Source: Eledone cirrhosa (taxonomy: Eukaryota). From it: a DNA stretch of 64,000 nt. Below the pieces are notes generated by a model. The model worked only from the letters and a program-made list of their open reading frames with translations, made no database searches and was not told the origin of the DNA. Both the position numbers and the translations under genes were made by a program. This document shows, in pieces, positions 37,613 through 53,400 of the stretch; positions within the stretch are counted from its first letter, which is position 1, and every line of letters starts with the position of its first letter. Location of the stretch: assembly GCA_964016885.1 (NCBI GenBank), contig OZ024740.1:197718001-197782000 (forward strand), written 5' to 3'.

Positions 37613-39059
37613 TTGAGTTACGATAATGATTGATATATGGAAGATAGTGTCACAGAGTAGGAACAAATAGCATCGGTTTAATGAAGTATTCGCCATGCTG
37701 TGGGCAAATAATGGTTGAGAATGACGATGATTCTAGCAAATATTTCAGTGCATTCGTTTTTCTATAATCTGATATAATATGAGATATGTAGCTTGTTTTA
37801 AGATGACAGATTTTAATAAATAACATATACTATTTTGAATACATACATATTTATTTTCAACTGACATTTGACAAATAGTTTCTCACGAGGCGTTGTCTCT
37901 AGATTAAATAGAATTTCTGGTGAGAAATACCTAAAGCTTTCTTTCTACTTTATCCCCACAATCAAAGCAACAGAATGATTAGTTGAAAGGTTTTATATGA
38001 AAACATTCAGATTTGAACCGGTATTATGATTGGAATCAATTTTCGGTTAGAAGTTATTCGAAATACGGACGTAGAACAATGTCTAATTTTTATCACTAAC
38101 ACTTTGGCTGCAACTTAGAATGTATCTTCCTTGATGAATAATCTCAAGTAAAAATAAAACAGGTTCTGTGTACCGTAAATGTACCACTGAGGATTGTTAG
38201 CTTCATGTAATATATTGAAAAATCTAATAGTATATAAATTATATAAACAGACGTCAACTGAGGCCTGTAAGCCAAGATTCAACCGATGACTGGAAGCTAA
38301 GAAACTATTCTTCAATTTTACAGTACCGCCAATGGTTATTGTATTGGAATGTCAAATGCTTTGACTCCTTGCACACCACAATGAGATTGAAAGAATTCGA
38401 ACCTTTAACCTTTAAACTATTTGTCGGGATCCTATCGGCAAAATACATCCGCGCATTTAATAGCATTTTAAAAGTAAAATAAAGGGAATAAGAATATAAA
38501 AGACAACGAATGATAAAGAATACGATAAGAGGAACAATTAAAGAGCGAGACTAAAAATCTATATAAGAGAATATTCGTGCCACAATGAAGAAGTCGGAGT
38601 GAATTTGTGAAACGAAGAAAAAAATAGAAGGAATTAAAAAAAAAAAACATAAAAAAATATTATTGGCTCGAGAAAATGTTCAGGAAAAATTCTTTTATAA
38701 TAATTTTTGGCAGGTAATAAAGAAGTAATAACTCCATGTTGCTTTGTTTCAGACGAAATTTTGTTGTTTTCGTATCTCTATTTAAAATTCGTTATTACTT
38801 GACTTCTGTTGAATGTGTTTCATGTATGGCTAGTGAATTTATCGGCATTTTTATACATTTTATACATTTTATAAATTTTATACACTTTTCCTACTGTGTT
38901 TTTCGTTATGCCTGATAATGTGTAAAGTTGACAATAAGTTTTCGTAGATAATATTCAAGTCAATCCAGTAGAAAAGAATTGAAAAAAGAAAAAAAGTTAT
39001 GTACTTTCATTGTACTTCACTATGACTTGAAGATAGAATTAAAAGATAAATGTATATAA

Positions 39060-39082
39060 TATTACATACATGCGTATATGTC

Positions 39083-39155
<73 letters not shown>

Positions 39156-39157
39156 AT

Positions 39158-39198
<41 letters not shown>

Positions 39199-39235
39199 AT
39201 GTGTGTGTATATATGTATATGTATATATATATATA

Positions 39236-39286
<51 letters not shown>

Positions 39287-39291
39287 GTGTG

Positions 39292-39350
<59 letters not shown>

Positions 39351-39590
39351 GTGTGTGTATATATATATGTATATATATATATGTATATATATATGTATAT
39401 ATATGTGTATATACATATATGTGTGTGTGTTCGTACATGTGTTTCTGTGTGTGGTCCGCTGCTACTGGTGTCATACTTTTTAAAAATTTAAATACAAGTT
39501 AGCCGCAATAAAAAAGGATTTAGTAACTATAGATCATGTATTTATTTTAGCTTAAGCACAAGCAATAACACACCCATACAAGCAAACATG

Positions 39591-39621
<31 letters not shown>

Positions 39622-39627
39622 GCATAC

Positions 39628-39701
<74 letters not shown>

Positions 39702-39720
39702 GTGTGTGTGTGTGTACATA
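39060..39720. repeat. Compound (TA)n/(TG)n/(CA)n microsatellite field
   Basis: Directly visible; representative of dozens of TA/CA/GA tracts in the window. Confidence 0.97.
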
Positions 39721-40457
39721 CAGGAAAACGGAGAACAAGACATTAATTTCTATCAACATAGTTTTGTGTATTCTCCATTTTTTCTTTAATAAAATAACAC
39801 TTTCGGTTTTCTATAAAATCTTAAATGTCTTGATATGTTTATTGTGAGAAGCAGTTGCTTGCAAAGTGACTGATAACATTTACTTCCTTCCGTCCCTGTA
39901 TTAATTTACCTCGAACGAAAAACGAAACTTTATATATTTATATTTTATACATTCAAAATATTCTATAAAATTATTTTTTTAGATTAAGAACCGAGATGAT
40001 AAAAATAGTAAAAAAGAGATAAAGAATGCTATTAAATACATGATTGTCTTTTTGTTGCCTGATGGTTGGTGTTCTATATTTAATCGGTTAGAATTTGGAT
40101 TTAGTAGTTTGTGTGTTTGTGTGTTTGTGTTTATGTTTTATCACATTATCAAGATGTAAGGGCGGTGATAAGACATTTCTAATCAAAGATGATGTGTTTT
40201 GTTTCCTTAATTAAAACAGAGAAATAAATAGCACGCACACAATCATATACTATCATACGCAGAAGAAAGACATACACAGGCATAAAAAATCGTACAAAAA
40301 TCTTATTTGCTTCTGTATGTAACTGCGTATATATATTTGTATGTATGTATGTTCTGGTTTATAAATTTTTACCAGTAGAGAGAGAGTGAGAGAGCGTGAG
40401 AGAGAGTGAGAGAGATTGAAAGAGTGAGAGGGACAGAGTGATAGAGTGAGTGAGAGA

Positions 40458-40518
<61 letters not shown>

Positions 40519-40744
40519 TTTCTAACAGAAACAAGACTCTTTCATTGGAATTTAGACATCGACTAGCTTAATACATATGTATGTCTGTATGTCTGTATGC
40601 GTTTGTGTGTATGTTCAGGTATTGGCGTTATTGCGTGTGTGGGTCTATATGTTCTGAGTTATATGTGTATATGTTTCTGTACCTATACATGTGCATATGC
40701 AGTTATTACATACTGAATTTCTGAAATGTTTTACTTATTTTTTG

Positions 40745-41695
40745 CAGTTCCATTAATGGACTGTACTTGCAACTTTCTAACTAGCCGTGCCCTTTCTAGT
40801 TCTGTGAAGCACAGCTTCTCAAGGTTTGTACTGAGGCAGTTAGTATTAAATCACAGAGCCTCAATGAACACAAGTATAAATCTGAAGGTTTAGTCAGGGT
40901 TGAGTATCTGCAGTTTCCTCATTAGATCAACATAAATGCTCTCCTTTTCACTAATCTTTAGCATTATATTGACATCTGCTGGGCAGCTGATTTTCACAAC
41001 TATGTATGACTTATTTTCTCTGTCTCACCACACTAAGTCTGGTCTGGTGTGTTTACATTTTATTAGGGTTTTGACTAGAACATTCCACCAGTACGCTTTC
41101 TTATTATGCATGCATATGTCCTCCAAACTGCTATAACGTTTTGTGTTTAATCTTAGGGCTAGTGATTTAGCTATTACATCATGCCTCATAGGTAGATAGT
41201 ACTGTGAAAACATCTTTGGAGAGCTGCTGAGGATGTAGGTCACATCCTCAAAGCTTATTCCGTAGAGTCTGCATCTGTTGTCACATCTAGATGTTTTGCC
41301 TGCATCCTTATCTCTTTTGTGCATTAGATATTTCTTGGATTGCAATAGCATATCCTTCAAAGAGAGAGCGAATATACCTGCTGTTGCCCAAAGATAGTCT
41401 GCTTTGCTTATCTCTATAACATAGCCACGCACGATGTTTTGCTGATAAGCAAGCAGCTTTTCATCCATGGATTCATTGCGGTATTTCAGTGCAATTTCTC
41501 TGGGTGTGTGTTGGTTATGATGTAGGAAGTATTTCTGAATGAGTTCCTTTTCAACTTTCATATTTGTCTCATGCAGAGAGACTTGTTCTATAGATGGGTT
41601 TCTGCGCTTGATGGTTCATAGATGTTGTCGGAGGGCTACGCTGCATCACTCAAATACTGTTTACCAAGGCTGGTAGTTTTGGCATTACTGTCGGT
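40745..41695 (-). mobile_element. Old R4/Dong-like (RLE) LINE remnant
   Basis: CDNRCRL..EDVTYILSS.P..YYLPMRHDVIAK..WWNV..HTRPDLVW, a degenerate CCHC-RHD-RPD endonuclease region. Confidence 0.7.
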
Positions 41696-41751
41696 GATAA
41701 ATGTATGTATGTATGTATGTATGTATGTATGTATGTATGTATGTATGTATG

Positions 41752-41782
<31 letters not shown>

Positions 41783-42530
41783 GTCCGGGAGAGATGACCC
41801 ATTAGCCTTTGTCAAGGCAGAATTCTAGGAGAAGGAAAACTCTGATATAACACCTGCAACCCTGATGGTATCCAATGATGTTGACTTGTTCTTCTTTTTG
41901 GTAAATATCATCTTGGTTAAGAGAGTGGGACTGGCTTTGTGCAGTGCCTTTGCTCACTATAAAAGCTTCAGGGCACAGGCATTGCTTTATATCTGGAGAT
42001 CTCTCTGCACTTGTCGTCACATGGTAACATGGGCCCAGCACTATGTGTCAATAATTGTCACAAGTGTAGTGTTTGTACCAGAGTTTTCAAGTCGCTGGCT
42101 GGACTAAAAAGTCACACTCGTTCAGCGCATCGGTAGGGGTTCTCCTACATGGATATAAAGTAGTGGCCGTACTCGAAAACGATTAGCAGCCACCATATAT
42201 GTATGCATGAAGAATGTTATTTAAAATAAAAGAGAATTCACACGCATACACACATGCTCGCATATATATATATTTATGGAGGGTCTGCAGTGTGAAGACC
42301 GGGATGATCACAATACTCGATGCATGATGCGATGGAAAGTGGGTATGTCAATGAGGTAGAGGCCCAACCGCGATTTCGAGCGGTTTCATCTTGTAATCTA
42401 TCCAGGCTACGCCAGGGTACTTACAGAACCAGATAAAAATATATAGCTTTTGTGTGAATATGTTTTGCTTCTGTGTATAGGATCATGTTTAAAGAGGTTA
42501 ATAGCTGAAACCGCCTGAGCTCGCGGTCGA

Positions 42531-42573
<43 letters not shown>

Positions 42574-42594
42574 CACAAAAATATCTTATCTATA

Positions 42595-42677
<83 letters not shown>

Positions 42678-42987
42678 AAAAGGTAAATAGAAATAAAAAA
42701 AAGCAAATGACATATTACCTCGAAGAATTATATATTAAATTAATGCTTGAAATAAATGGAAGAAAATCTAAACGTTTCAGACATTAGTCCTTTACCAGAA
42801 GATATAGTTAAACATAGAAGATTAATAAAAGGAAAAGAGTGAGAAGAGGAAGGAAAGAGAAAAATGAGGAAAAAAAGAGGAGAAAAATACACGTGCATAT
42901 TCAGTCAGCCGCCTTGGAGATGTGTGTATATGTATATATATATATTTATTGATATATGTATGTTTGTCTGAATGTATGTATGCATAT

Positions 42988-43078
<91 letters not shown>

Positions 43079-43081
43079 TAT

Positions 43082-43280
43082 ATGGGAAAATGTTTGGCCC
43101 CAATGTTTGAGCTCAAGCTGTTTAGACGGCTATTTCTGGACTCAGTCCAGAAATAGCCGTCTAAACAGCTTGAGCTCAAACATTGGGGCCAAACATTTTC
43201 CTATTACCCACTCTACTACCGTAAGTATTGAGTACTCTGATGCGTTATGGTCCATCTGGTTCCTTACCACACTTCCTTGG

Positions 43281-43348
<68 letters not shown>

Positions 43349-43388
43349 CAAAGGGAGTGTGGTAAGGAACCAGATGGAGCATAACGCA
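43082..43388 (+). repeat. Short element with a perfect 58-bp-arm palindrome at one end and an inverted copy of its other end across (TA)n
   Basis: Arms 43085-43142 / 43144-43201. 43346-43388 is approximately the reverse complement of 43241-43283. Confidence 0.85.
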
Positions 43389-43527
43389 CTCTCTCTCTCA
43401 CACACATACAAATACACACATATATAAGGTTAACTTTGCCTTTCATCCTTACGGGGTCGATAAAATAAAGTACCAGTAATACACTGGGAAATTGCTGGCC
43501 TTGTGCCTAACGTAGAAACAATTATAT

Positions 43528-43609
43528 TCATATATAATTGCACGTCCACATATACAGTATATGTACGCATTTATATATATACACACATACACACACATAT
43601 GTAGGTATA

Positions 43610-43673
<64 letters not shown>

Positions 43674-43684
43674 TGTGTATGTGT

Positions 43685-43715
<31 letters not shown>

Positions 43716-44059
43716 ATTTTATTATGAGTGTTTCATAAACACATGGAGTCATGCACTGAATGAAACATTCATGTAGTGTGTATAGAATCAATATACTACT
43801 TTCTATCAATATTGATTGTTCATTTCGAGATCTCACCGAAGTTACCCTGTTACATGAATTACGCTGTTTTATGTACACACGTATAGAGAACGTTCGGACT
43901 TTATCTGAATGAGTTCCCAATACATATAAGAGAATGCTTCTAATAGATACCAGTGATGGGGTGTGGTACCTCTTCAAATAGTATGTTTGAATCTTTCTTC
44001 GAAATCGCAAACAGAAAAGGCCCCACCACCGCGCTCCAAAGTCCCTGTCACCTTTTCTA

Positions 44060-44062
<3 letters not shown>
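43528..44062 (-). repeat. Unclassified young dispersed repeat, second copy at ~62966-63550 (+)
   Basis: Near-identical sequence in opposite orientation ~19 kb away. Both copies abut (TA)n. Confidence 0.9.
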
Positions 44063-44095
<33 letters not shown>

Positions 44096-44227
44096 AAATG
44101 GGGAGAAGAATACTGCAGGTTGCACATGGATAACATGTAATAAAATAAGTCCCTCATCAGTGATTTGCCGACGATCATAGATATTTCATTGCATTAAAAA
44201 TCATATACCTCACGTCGGTGCAATAAT

Positions 44228-44412
44228 TGTTTCTACTTTAGGCACAAGGCCAGCAATTACCCAGTGCATTACTGGTACTTTATTTTATCGACCCCGTAAG
44301 GATGAAAGGCAAAGTCAACCTCGGCGGGATTTGAACTCAGATCGTAAAGGGACGTAACTATGCTGGAAAGCATGGCGTCCGACCCTCTACCGATACTGCC
44401 ATTCCACCAATA
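44228..44412 (-). mobile_element. SINE family M with 16-bp TSD
   Basis: TSD ACGTCGGTGCAATAAT at 44212-44227 and 44413-44428. Confidence 0.92.
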
Positions 44413-44893
44413 ACGTCGGTGCAATAATAACTAAATTAAGTTATTAGGACAATTAAAACGCGTAAAGCGAGTGAGACAAGATAACAACAAAGAGGAGAGC
44501 TAACCGTAGAAGGAAGGGAACAAGCTTCATAGTTATTCTGTTAGCATAAGCTAGGTGAATATATGAGCGCTTAGAAAAAAGAACTTTCGGGAACGAATCC
44601 AAATGTGAGAAAGAGAGAAAATGTTTTCGTCACGAACGGGGTATATATATATATATACGTGTATATATGCATATATACATTCAAACAAACATACATATAT
44701 AAATATATATATATATAAATATATACGGGGTAACAAATAATAGTTAAATGCAGTCCACTTAGGTATAGTCCAGTTATGGTATTCCAGGTAGTAGATGATA
44801 TCAACGCTTGGCTTGGTTTGACTCAACAAGGCGTTTTCATAGTGATGCTGCGGGTATGCTGTAATTCCTACGTTGTAAACACTTGGAGTAATA

Positions 44894-46407
<1,514 letters not shown>

Positions 46408-46754
46408 ATATACTCACACATGTATATATATATATATATATTTATTCATTAGGTAAGCAAAACAAGACGACAAATTTCACAAGGAAGTCATTATTTAAAG
46501 ATTGTCAACATAGTTGTAGTTTAATGTAAGGAATGCAAAGTATAATAATAATAATACAATTGTTTCGCTACTCCATATAATGTTTCTGGATCAAATGATT
46601 ATAGATAATTATTGATCTGGTTCAGTTGAAGATAATCAACTTAGGAAAAATTGGAGCAGTTTATCGGAACTTCAAAAGGAATATAAATTAAGGTAAAGAA
46701 AATGGTTACATGAATGGTTACATTATATGGAGTAGCGAAACAATTGGAAACGGA

Positions 46755-46785
<31 letters not shown>

Positions 46786-46789
46786 TTTT

Positions 46790-46906
46790 TGTTACATCCT
46801 CTGTTTTTGCTTTTTACACGCAGAAATGCCCATTTGTACCGTCCTGTATTGTCCTGCACTGTCCTTAATGTCTACTTTATGTAAACCCTTGTGGTTAATA
46901 AAGAAA

Positions 46907-46907
<1 letters not shown>
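46790..46907 (+). mobile_element. 3'-terminal fragment of Tx1 family B in (ATT)n
   Basis: Matches 50311-50431. (ATT)n on both sides. Confidence 0.88.
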
Positions 46908-46965
<58 letters not shown>

Positions 46966-49900
46966 GGTAGGTGAAGCCACGCATCTTATCGCCTCCAGTC
47001 TTTTTCAACGTTTTACCTCTTTTTCAACCATTCTAAACTTTTTATTCAAGTTTTAAATTTGATAAAAGTTTAGAAGAAGTGACCCACCTAATACAGGGGT
47101 TCACTAGTAAATAATACGGCACCCCTTTACGGGGTGTCGTATTCGTATTTGTGTAAAAATATTTTTTGAAAAATTTCAACATGGATAACACAAAAAAGAG
47201 AGAGAGCGCTGTCAGACAACACAGAGAGAGGGAGACTTTATCAGCATGTCAACAAGACAGCGTTCCAGCGGTGGTAAATATAAACGAAAATATTACAAAG
47301 GAAAAAAAGATTGTTACAGATTTAAAATTAACAAATATTTCTAACACAAACAACACCAACAATAACACCAACAACAACACCAAAAATAACAGCGGTAAAG
47401 TCGAGAACGACAATAACAAAAATAACAGCGGTAAGGTCGAGAACGACAATAAGACTTCATAGACAAGGGCCTGGTTACTTGAAGCTGAACGCGTCTTTCC
47501 CGGCGCGCAAGGCCTACAGAGACCGGATTAACGTATTAGTTAAGCGGGCGTTGACGGGAGCGGTCGTTACAACAGGTGGTGGTTCGCCCTGAAAAGGGCA
47601 ATTAAAGTAGAGTCGATTAGGTTTAGCAAAGGAGTAGTGATAGAGGAAAATAGAGTAGAGGGAGAGCTAGTCAGAAAGCTAGAAGAGGCGTTTAGGACAG
47701 GCATCGCAACCGACGTGCTTGCGGCGAGATTGGCACTCGACCAATTCTTCAACGCTAAACACGAAGGCTGCGTTGTCAGAGCTAGAGCGCGTGCTCTGAA
47801 ACACGAGGGGACAAAAGCCGTCCAATGGGCCCGGGTGGCAGAGGCGCGACGTGGCAATAAAGCCACAATTCGGTCTTTGTCTGACCAAAACGGGTGCGTG
47901 ATGCTCGAACCCGAGCGGATGTGTGAAGCTTTTCAGCAGCACTTTGCTGAACTGTTCGGGAGCGGCGGCGGCCCAGATCGGGACATGGACTTCAGTGCAT
48001 ACCTCGACGGACTGCCTCGGCTCTCGACGGACTGCCTCGGCTCTCGACGACCGCAGCACAGTGTTGCGAAAAGCCAATAACAGCCGGTGAAATACGGGAA
48101 GCGATGGCTAACTGCACAAGAGGTAAATCGCCAGGTTTAGATGGTCTGCCCTACGAGCTTTATGCATTTATGCCAGACTTGTTCGATGACCTCTTGGCAG
48201 ACGTCTACTGCAACTGGCAGCAGAACGGGAGCATTCCCAGTTTTGTGAGCCGGGGAGCAGTGGCGCTGCTGAGAAAAGACCCGAACAAGGGGGATGTTAT
48301 TGATAATTTCATGCCCATAACTCTGCTAAACGCAGAGTTCAAGATTTTGGCCGAGGTGTTAGCAACGAGGTTGGCGCTTGTCGTCAAGGGTCTGGTGGGA
48401 GAGGCGCAGACATGCGCCATCCCGGACAGATACATACACGACAACCTCCACCTCATGCGATACATCATAGAGAAGGTGGTTAAGGAACCTGGCAAGGGTG
48501 GGGCCCTGATCAACTTGGATCAATCCAAAGCATTCGATAGGGTCGACCATCGGTACCTGGCGGCGGTCCTCGAGGCAGCCGGTTTCGGGCCCGTTTTCAG
48601 GCGTTGGATCGCAACAATGTACAGCGACATCTGCTCAGTTGTGAGGGTGAACGGTCACCTGTCGCAGCCGTTCAGCATCATGCGCTCAGTCCGCCAGGGT
48701 TGTCCCCTCTCGTCCCTCTTGTACGTATTGGTTCTCGAGCCGTTACTGCACAAACTGGGGGCGATGAGGGACGTCCCACACGAACTAGGATGCGGGAAAT
48801 CCGAGTCGGCTTACGCTGACGACGTCACCGTGGTGGTGTCGAGCACCAGACACGTCCAGATGCTCGGCACGGCTCTCAAGGAATACGAAACGGTACAGGA
48901 GCAATGATCAACCAAGAAAAGTCAGTGGGCCTGCAGCTCGGCACCTGGAGAGGCAGGTCCATGCTGTCAAACAGCGTCGTCCGTCGGGCGCTGGACGGAC
49001 GGACCGGTTAAATTGCTAGGGGTCTGGTTCGGTCCGGACCTCCAGACGGACAAAACCTGGGACGAGGTGACGAGCAGGGTGGCTTCTCTCACCCACAAAT
49101 GGGCGGAGAGGAAGCTATCTCTGAAAGGTCGAGCGGAGGTGGCTAACGCGTACATCGCGTCCGTCATCTGCTACCGCCTGACCGTCGTACCTTGTCCTAA
49201 GCCCCGCCTAACTGCGCTGGAGCGTTTGCTATTTCGCTTTTTGTGGAAGGGACGCGCTCCGATGGTCAGGCGGTCCATCTGTTGTCAACACCCGCTACGT
49301 GGAGGTCTGGGCATGCCGTGGCTGATGATGCGCAGACACGCGCCCAGGCTACGACATCTCCACCTCTTCCTCGACGGTGATCAGGTGTGGTCGCCGTTTG
49401 CTAGACGCGTCTTTGCCCAGCTCGTTTCCTTGACGGAGCTGCAGTCCTGGGTCAAGCGAAGACCGAGAGGGAGCGCTTGAAGACTGGAATGTCTTCAGGT
49501 GCTCACAGCCCTCGACCAATCGGGCAATGTGATCGGTGGAAACTCTACCTCGGCGTTCTATAGAGGATTAGTGGAGGGGAAGAGCGACGACGTACTTGGG
49601 GAAACTCTAGGCGTCGACGAAAATCAACTAGCCAATCTCTTCGGAAGAACTTTCGGGCCGGGGCCTATGGACAACTTCCAGAAATCCCTGGTCTGGCAGT
49701 GCTACCGAGGAGCCTTGCCAGTTCGGGATAAACTCTACAGGCATGGAGGTGCCGTCAACCGGGCATGTCCGAGATGCGCGCAGGGCGACGAAACCGTCCT
49801 GCACGTACTCGTCCAGTGTCCGAGAATTGCTGACTTGTGGGTTTATGTCGAACCCCTGCTGTCACGTGTAGGACGAATCCGGCTATCAGCTGAGTCCATC

Positions 49901-50431
49901 GTGAGGATTTCCCCGCCCTCTTCCTTTAGTCGGGAAGGGCAGGCAGTTTTTATCTGTTTGGTGGCCATGGTGAAAGAGATAGTATGGTGGACACGTTTGA
50001 AAGGGCTGAAGACGAGCACTTACCTCTTCGGTGATGCCCTGATTGATTTTTCAAATTTCATTTGAAAAGGAAAATCAGGGTAGAGAGGGAAGTGCTCTCT
50101 TCCCAGCATTTTGTTGAAAGATGGGTGAGAGAAGCAAGAATGGCCCGAGTGAATGGGCCTACTCTGAGTATGTGTCTGTAAATGAAAGGTGGAAAACTGG
50201 GAGAGGGCACTTGCCCTGGTGGTCTGTGTCACTGTGGCTTTTTAATGAGCTTTCTCCACCAATGTCCCTCGGAAGTCTCCCCCCTATTGGGGAATTTTTT
50301 TCATTGTTCTATTATTACATCCTCGTTTTCTTATTTTTTTACACGCAGAAATGCCCATTTGTCCGTCCTGTATTGTCCTGTACTGTCCTTAATGTCTACT
50401 TTATGTAACCCTTGTGGTTAATAAAGAAAAC
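46966..50431 (+). mobile_element. Tx1/L1-clade LINE family B, internally deleted and disrupted, inside (ATT)n
   Basis: Asn-rich ORF1 start is joined at ~47457 to RQGPGYLKLN. RT motifs KSPGLDGLPYE, DQSKAFDRVDH, RQGCPLS, AYADDVTV; CPRC..ETVLHVLVQCP; AATAAA + (ATT)n. Confidence 0.92.
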
Positions 50432-50473
50432 ATTATTATTATTATTATTATTATTTTATTATTATTATTATTA

Positions 50474-53400
50474 CAGTTGCATTTATCTTGCTTTATGTTC
50501 ATACGAGTTATCACCAAGTCACAACCAGTGACCTCAAGAGACAACAAGGTCCGCCATGTTCAAGAAAGAACATACATATTCACATATGCATCTTTAGTGT
50601 TTAGACTTGTGATGTACTTATATTGACAGAATCTTCCTTAGTATATGGGCAGTTCCCATTAGTACTATCTTTTGTATTTCTCCTATACGCGGGTTTCCTG
50701 GGATTTGAGATAAGTAATCATTAGACCCCTTAGGTATCATTCCCAGAGCGCCTACAACCACTGGTATTGTTTTAGTTCTCAATTTCCACATTTTTCCAAT
50801 TTCTATCTCCAGGTCCTTATACTTGCTCAATTTTTCAAATGTTTTTATAGATACATTCTTGTCTATTGGAACAGACATATCAATTAGCAGGCATACCCTC
50901 TTTTTGAAGTCCTTCAATATTATATCAGGTCTATTTGCATCTATTTTTCGGTCTGTTTGGATGCTAAAGTTCCACAAGATTGAGATGTGATCTTTTTCAA
51001 GTATGGGAGGTGGTTGATGCTCCCACCAATTCTTTTGATGGGGCAGGTCAAAATGCTTACACATTATCCAATGTATGTATTGTGCAGCTCTGTCATGCCT
51101 GTTTAGGTATTCGGTTGGAGCTATAGGACTGCACATTGAAATTATATGGTCAATGGTCTCTGGTTGTTTTTTGCATACACGGCATAATGGGCTGCATCCA
51201 TTTTTTATTATGTTGGCTTGGTAATTTTTTGTTGGCAGACACTGATCTTGTGCTGATATAATCAGTCCTTCAGTCTCCGATTTCAGTCCAGAGGATGCCA
51301 ACCACTGATGGGTTAAAGTTTTGTCAACATCAGGATTGTTAGCTCGCTCTGGGTATTTTTCATACAGAGGCTTTTCTTGCCATTTCTTAGCCAGTTTCTG
51401 TAGCAGTTCTTTCTTTGCAGTTACTTTTACCTGCTTTGCTTTTTCTGTGTTTTCCATTTCAGCAGTAAATGGGACTTCTGAAATTTGTAGTCCATTACTG
51501 TCTCTTTGTGCATCTTTTGTAATGGAATATGATCTTTTGATGCTTTCGTGTTTCAAAACGAGTTTGATCATCCAATCATGTGATTCCCTTAGATATGTAG
51601 ATAATCCAATTGTTGCAGTTTTCAACGCAATGTCTAACTGGATTAACCCACGTCCTCCTTCTTTCCTAGGGAGATATATTCTATCTATATCGGCCTTAGG
51701 GTGATGCATTCTGTGCATGGTTAAGAGTTTTCGAATTTTTGTATCGAGCCCACGGATCTCTGTGCTTGACCAGTTGATGACATTGTAACTGTAGGTTACT
51801 ACTGGTATGGCAAGCGTGTTTATGGCATCGATCCTATTCCTTGCATTCAATTCCGTTCTTAAGATTGCTCTTACTCTGCGGTAACATTCCTTCCTTATCC
51901 TTTCCCTCATTGTCGAGTGCTTGATTCCGTCTCCTTCACAAGCACCTAGATATTTGTAAGTTTTTTCTTGATCAAGTTCTCTTATTACATCCCCCCGCAG
52001 CTTTCCTCTGGTGAACGTTGCTTTGGCGCATTTGTCTAGTACAAACTCCATTTTAATGTCATCACTGAACTGGTCCACAGTGGATAATAGCCCTTGCAAT
52101 TGTTCATCATTTTTTGCAAATAGTTTCAGGTCATCCATGTAGAACAAGTGATTAATGGTTTTGTCATAGACTTTATATCCATGTTTTGTTTCATTGAGCA
52201 TTTTACTTAATGGTATAAGTGCGATGCAGAATAAAAGCGGTGATAAAGTGTCACCCTGAAAAATTCCACAATTAATATTAACTTCTCCAGCTTCCAGTGA
52301 TTTTGTTTCACTATTCAAAAGGAGTGTCGTTTTCCATGTCTTCATACTGAATGACAAAAACCTCCTGACAACGGGGGATATTTTGAAAATCTCTAAACAT
52401 TTTTCAATTCAACTGTGTGGCAAACTATCGAATGCTTTTTTATAATCTATCCAAGCAATCGATAGATTTTTGTGTCTATTATGACAATCTTCCAGTATCA
52501 TTTTGTTAACCAGAAGCTGATCCTTACAGCCATATGAGCCTCGTTTACACCCTTTCTGCTCAATGGGAAATAGGTCATTTGTTATCAGGTGGTCATATGT
52601 GTATTCAGTTAGGACTGATGTTAAAATTTTATACAGTGGTCAAGCAAGTTATCGGTCTGTAATTTTTGGGATTGTTTGTCTCATCATTCTTCGGAAGCAG
52701 GAATGTAATGCCGTTAACTAGCCATGATGGTATCTTTTCTGGCTCCTTAACTATTTCATTGTAAAGTTGGGCTAACAGCTCATGAGACTCTGTGAAGGCA
52801 TTTATCCAAAAGTTTTGTATTTTGTCTTTTCTTGGGGATTTCCATTTGCTGGTTTTCCTTAGAGCCAAGCGCAACTGTTCAACTGTTATATTTTCCCATA
52901 TTTGTTCCTCAAGGTGAGCTGTATCTTTCATTTGTCTGTCTATCCATGGGGCATGTATGTTATGAACTTTTTCTTCGGCCCAGATCTTTTCCCAGAATTC
53001 TTGCACTTCCTCCTTGGGTGGTATTGATTTAGCAGTTATTGTTGACTTACCAATTTTTCTGTAGAAGTTTCTTTGGTTGTTTTTGAACATATTATTGTCC
53101 TTATAGAATCTAGATCGTTTTTCAAAGCGCCTTATACGAGCAGCTTTGGCCGACACTTTTTGTTTGATTATTTCTATCAGCATGTCTATGTCACTTGTTG
53201 ATTTTATACTGTACTTTTTTTTCAATTTTCTAAGTTTAGTTTGTTTAACATGTTCACCTACTTTATAGTTTGTTAAAATTTCTATGTCAGATCGGAGAAG
53301 GTTTATTTGGCGATTGATGTTCTCTTGCCAAGTAGATTTTTTGTGGGAATTCCTTTGTTTTTTCATCTTCACTCCACATAAGTGAGTGGTGACTTTAGCC

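Noticed and set aside
36960-38470. Higher-complexity stretch with short minus-strand ORFs (37005..37190, 38115..38315) that might be a decayed gene
   Set aside because: No motif I can recognise and stops in all frames. A BLASTX hit spanning the fragments would be needed.
44095-44170. Minus-strand CTGATGA-GGG hammerhead 5' half
   Set aside because: No GAAA/stem III before the TA tract; at most a truncated relic.
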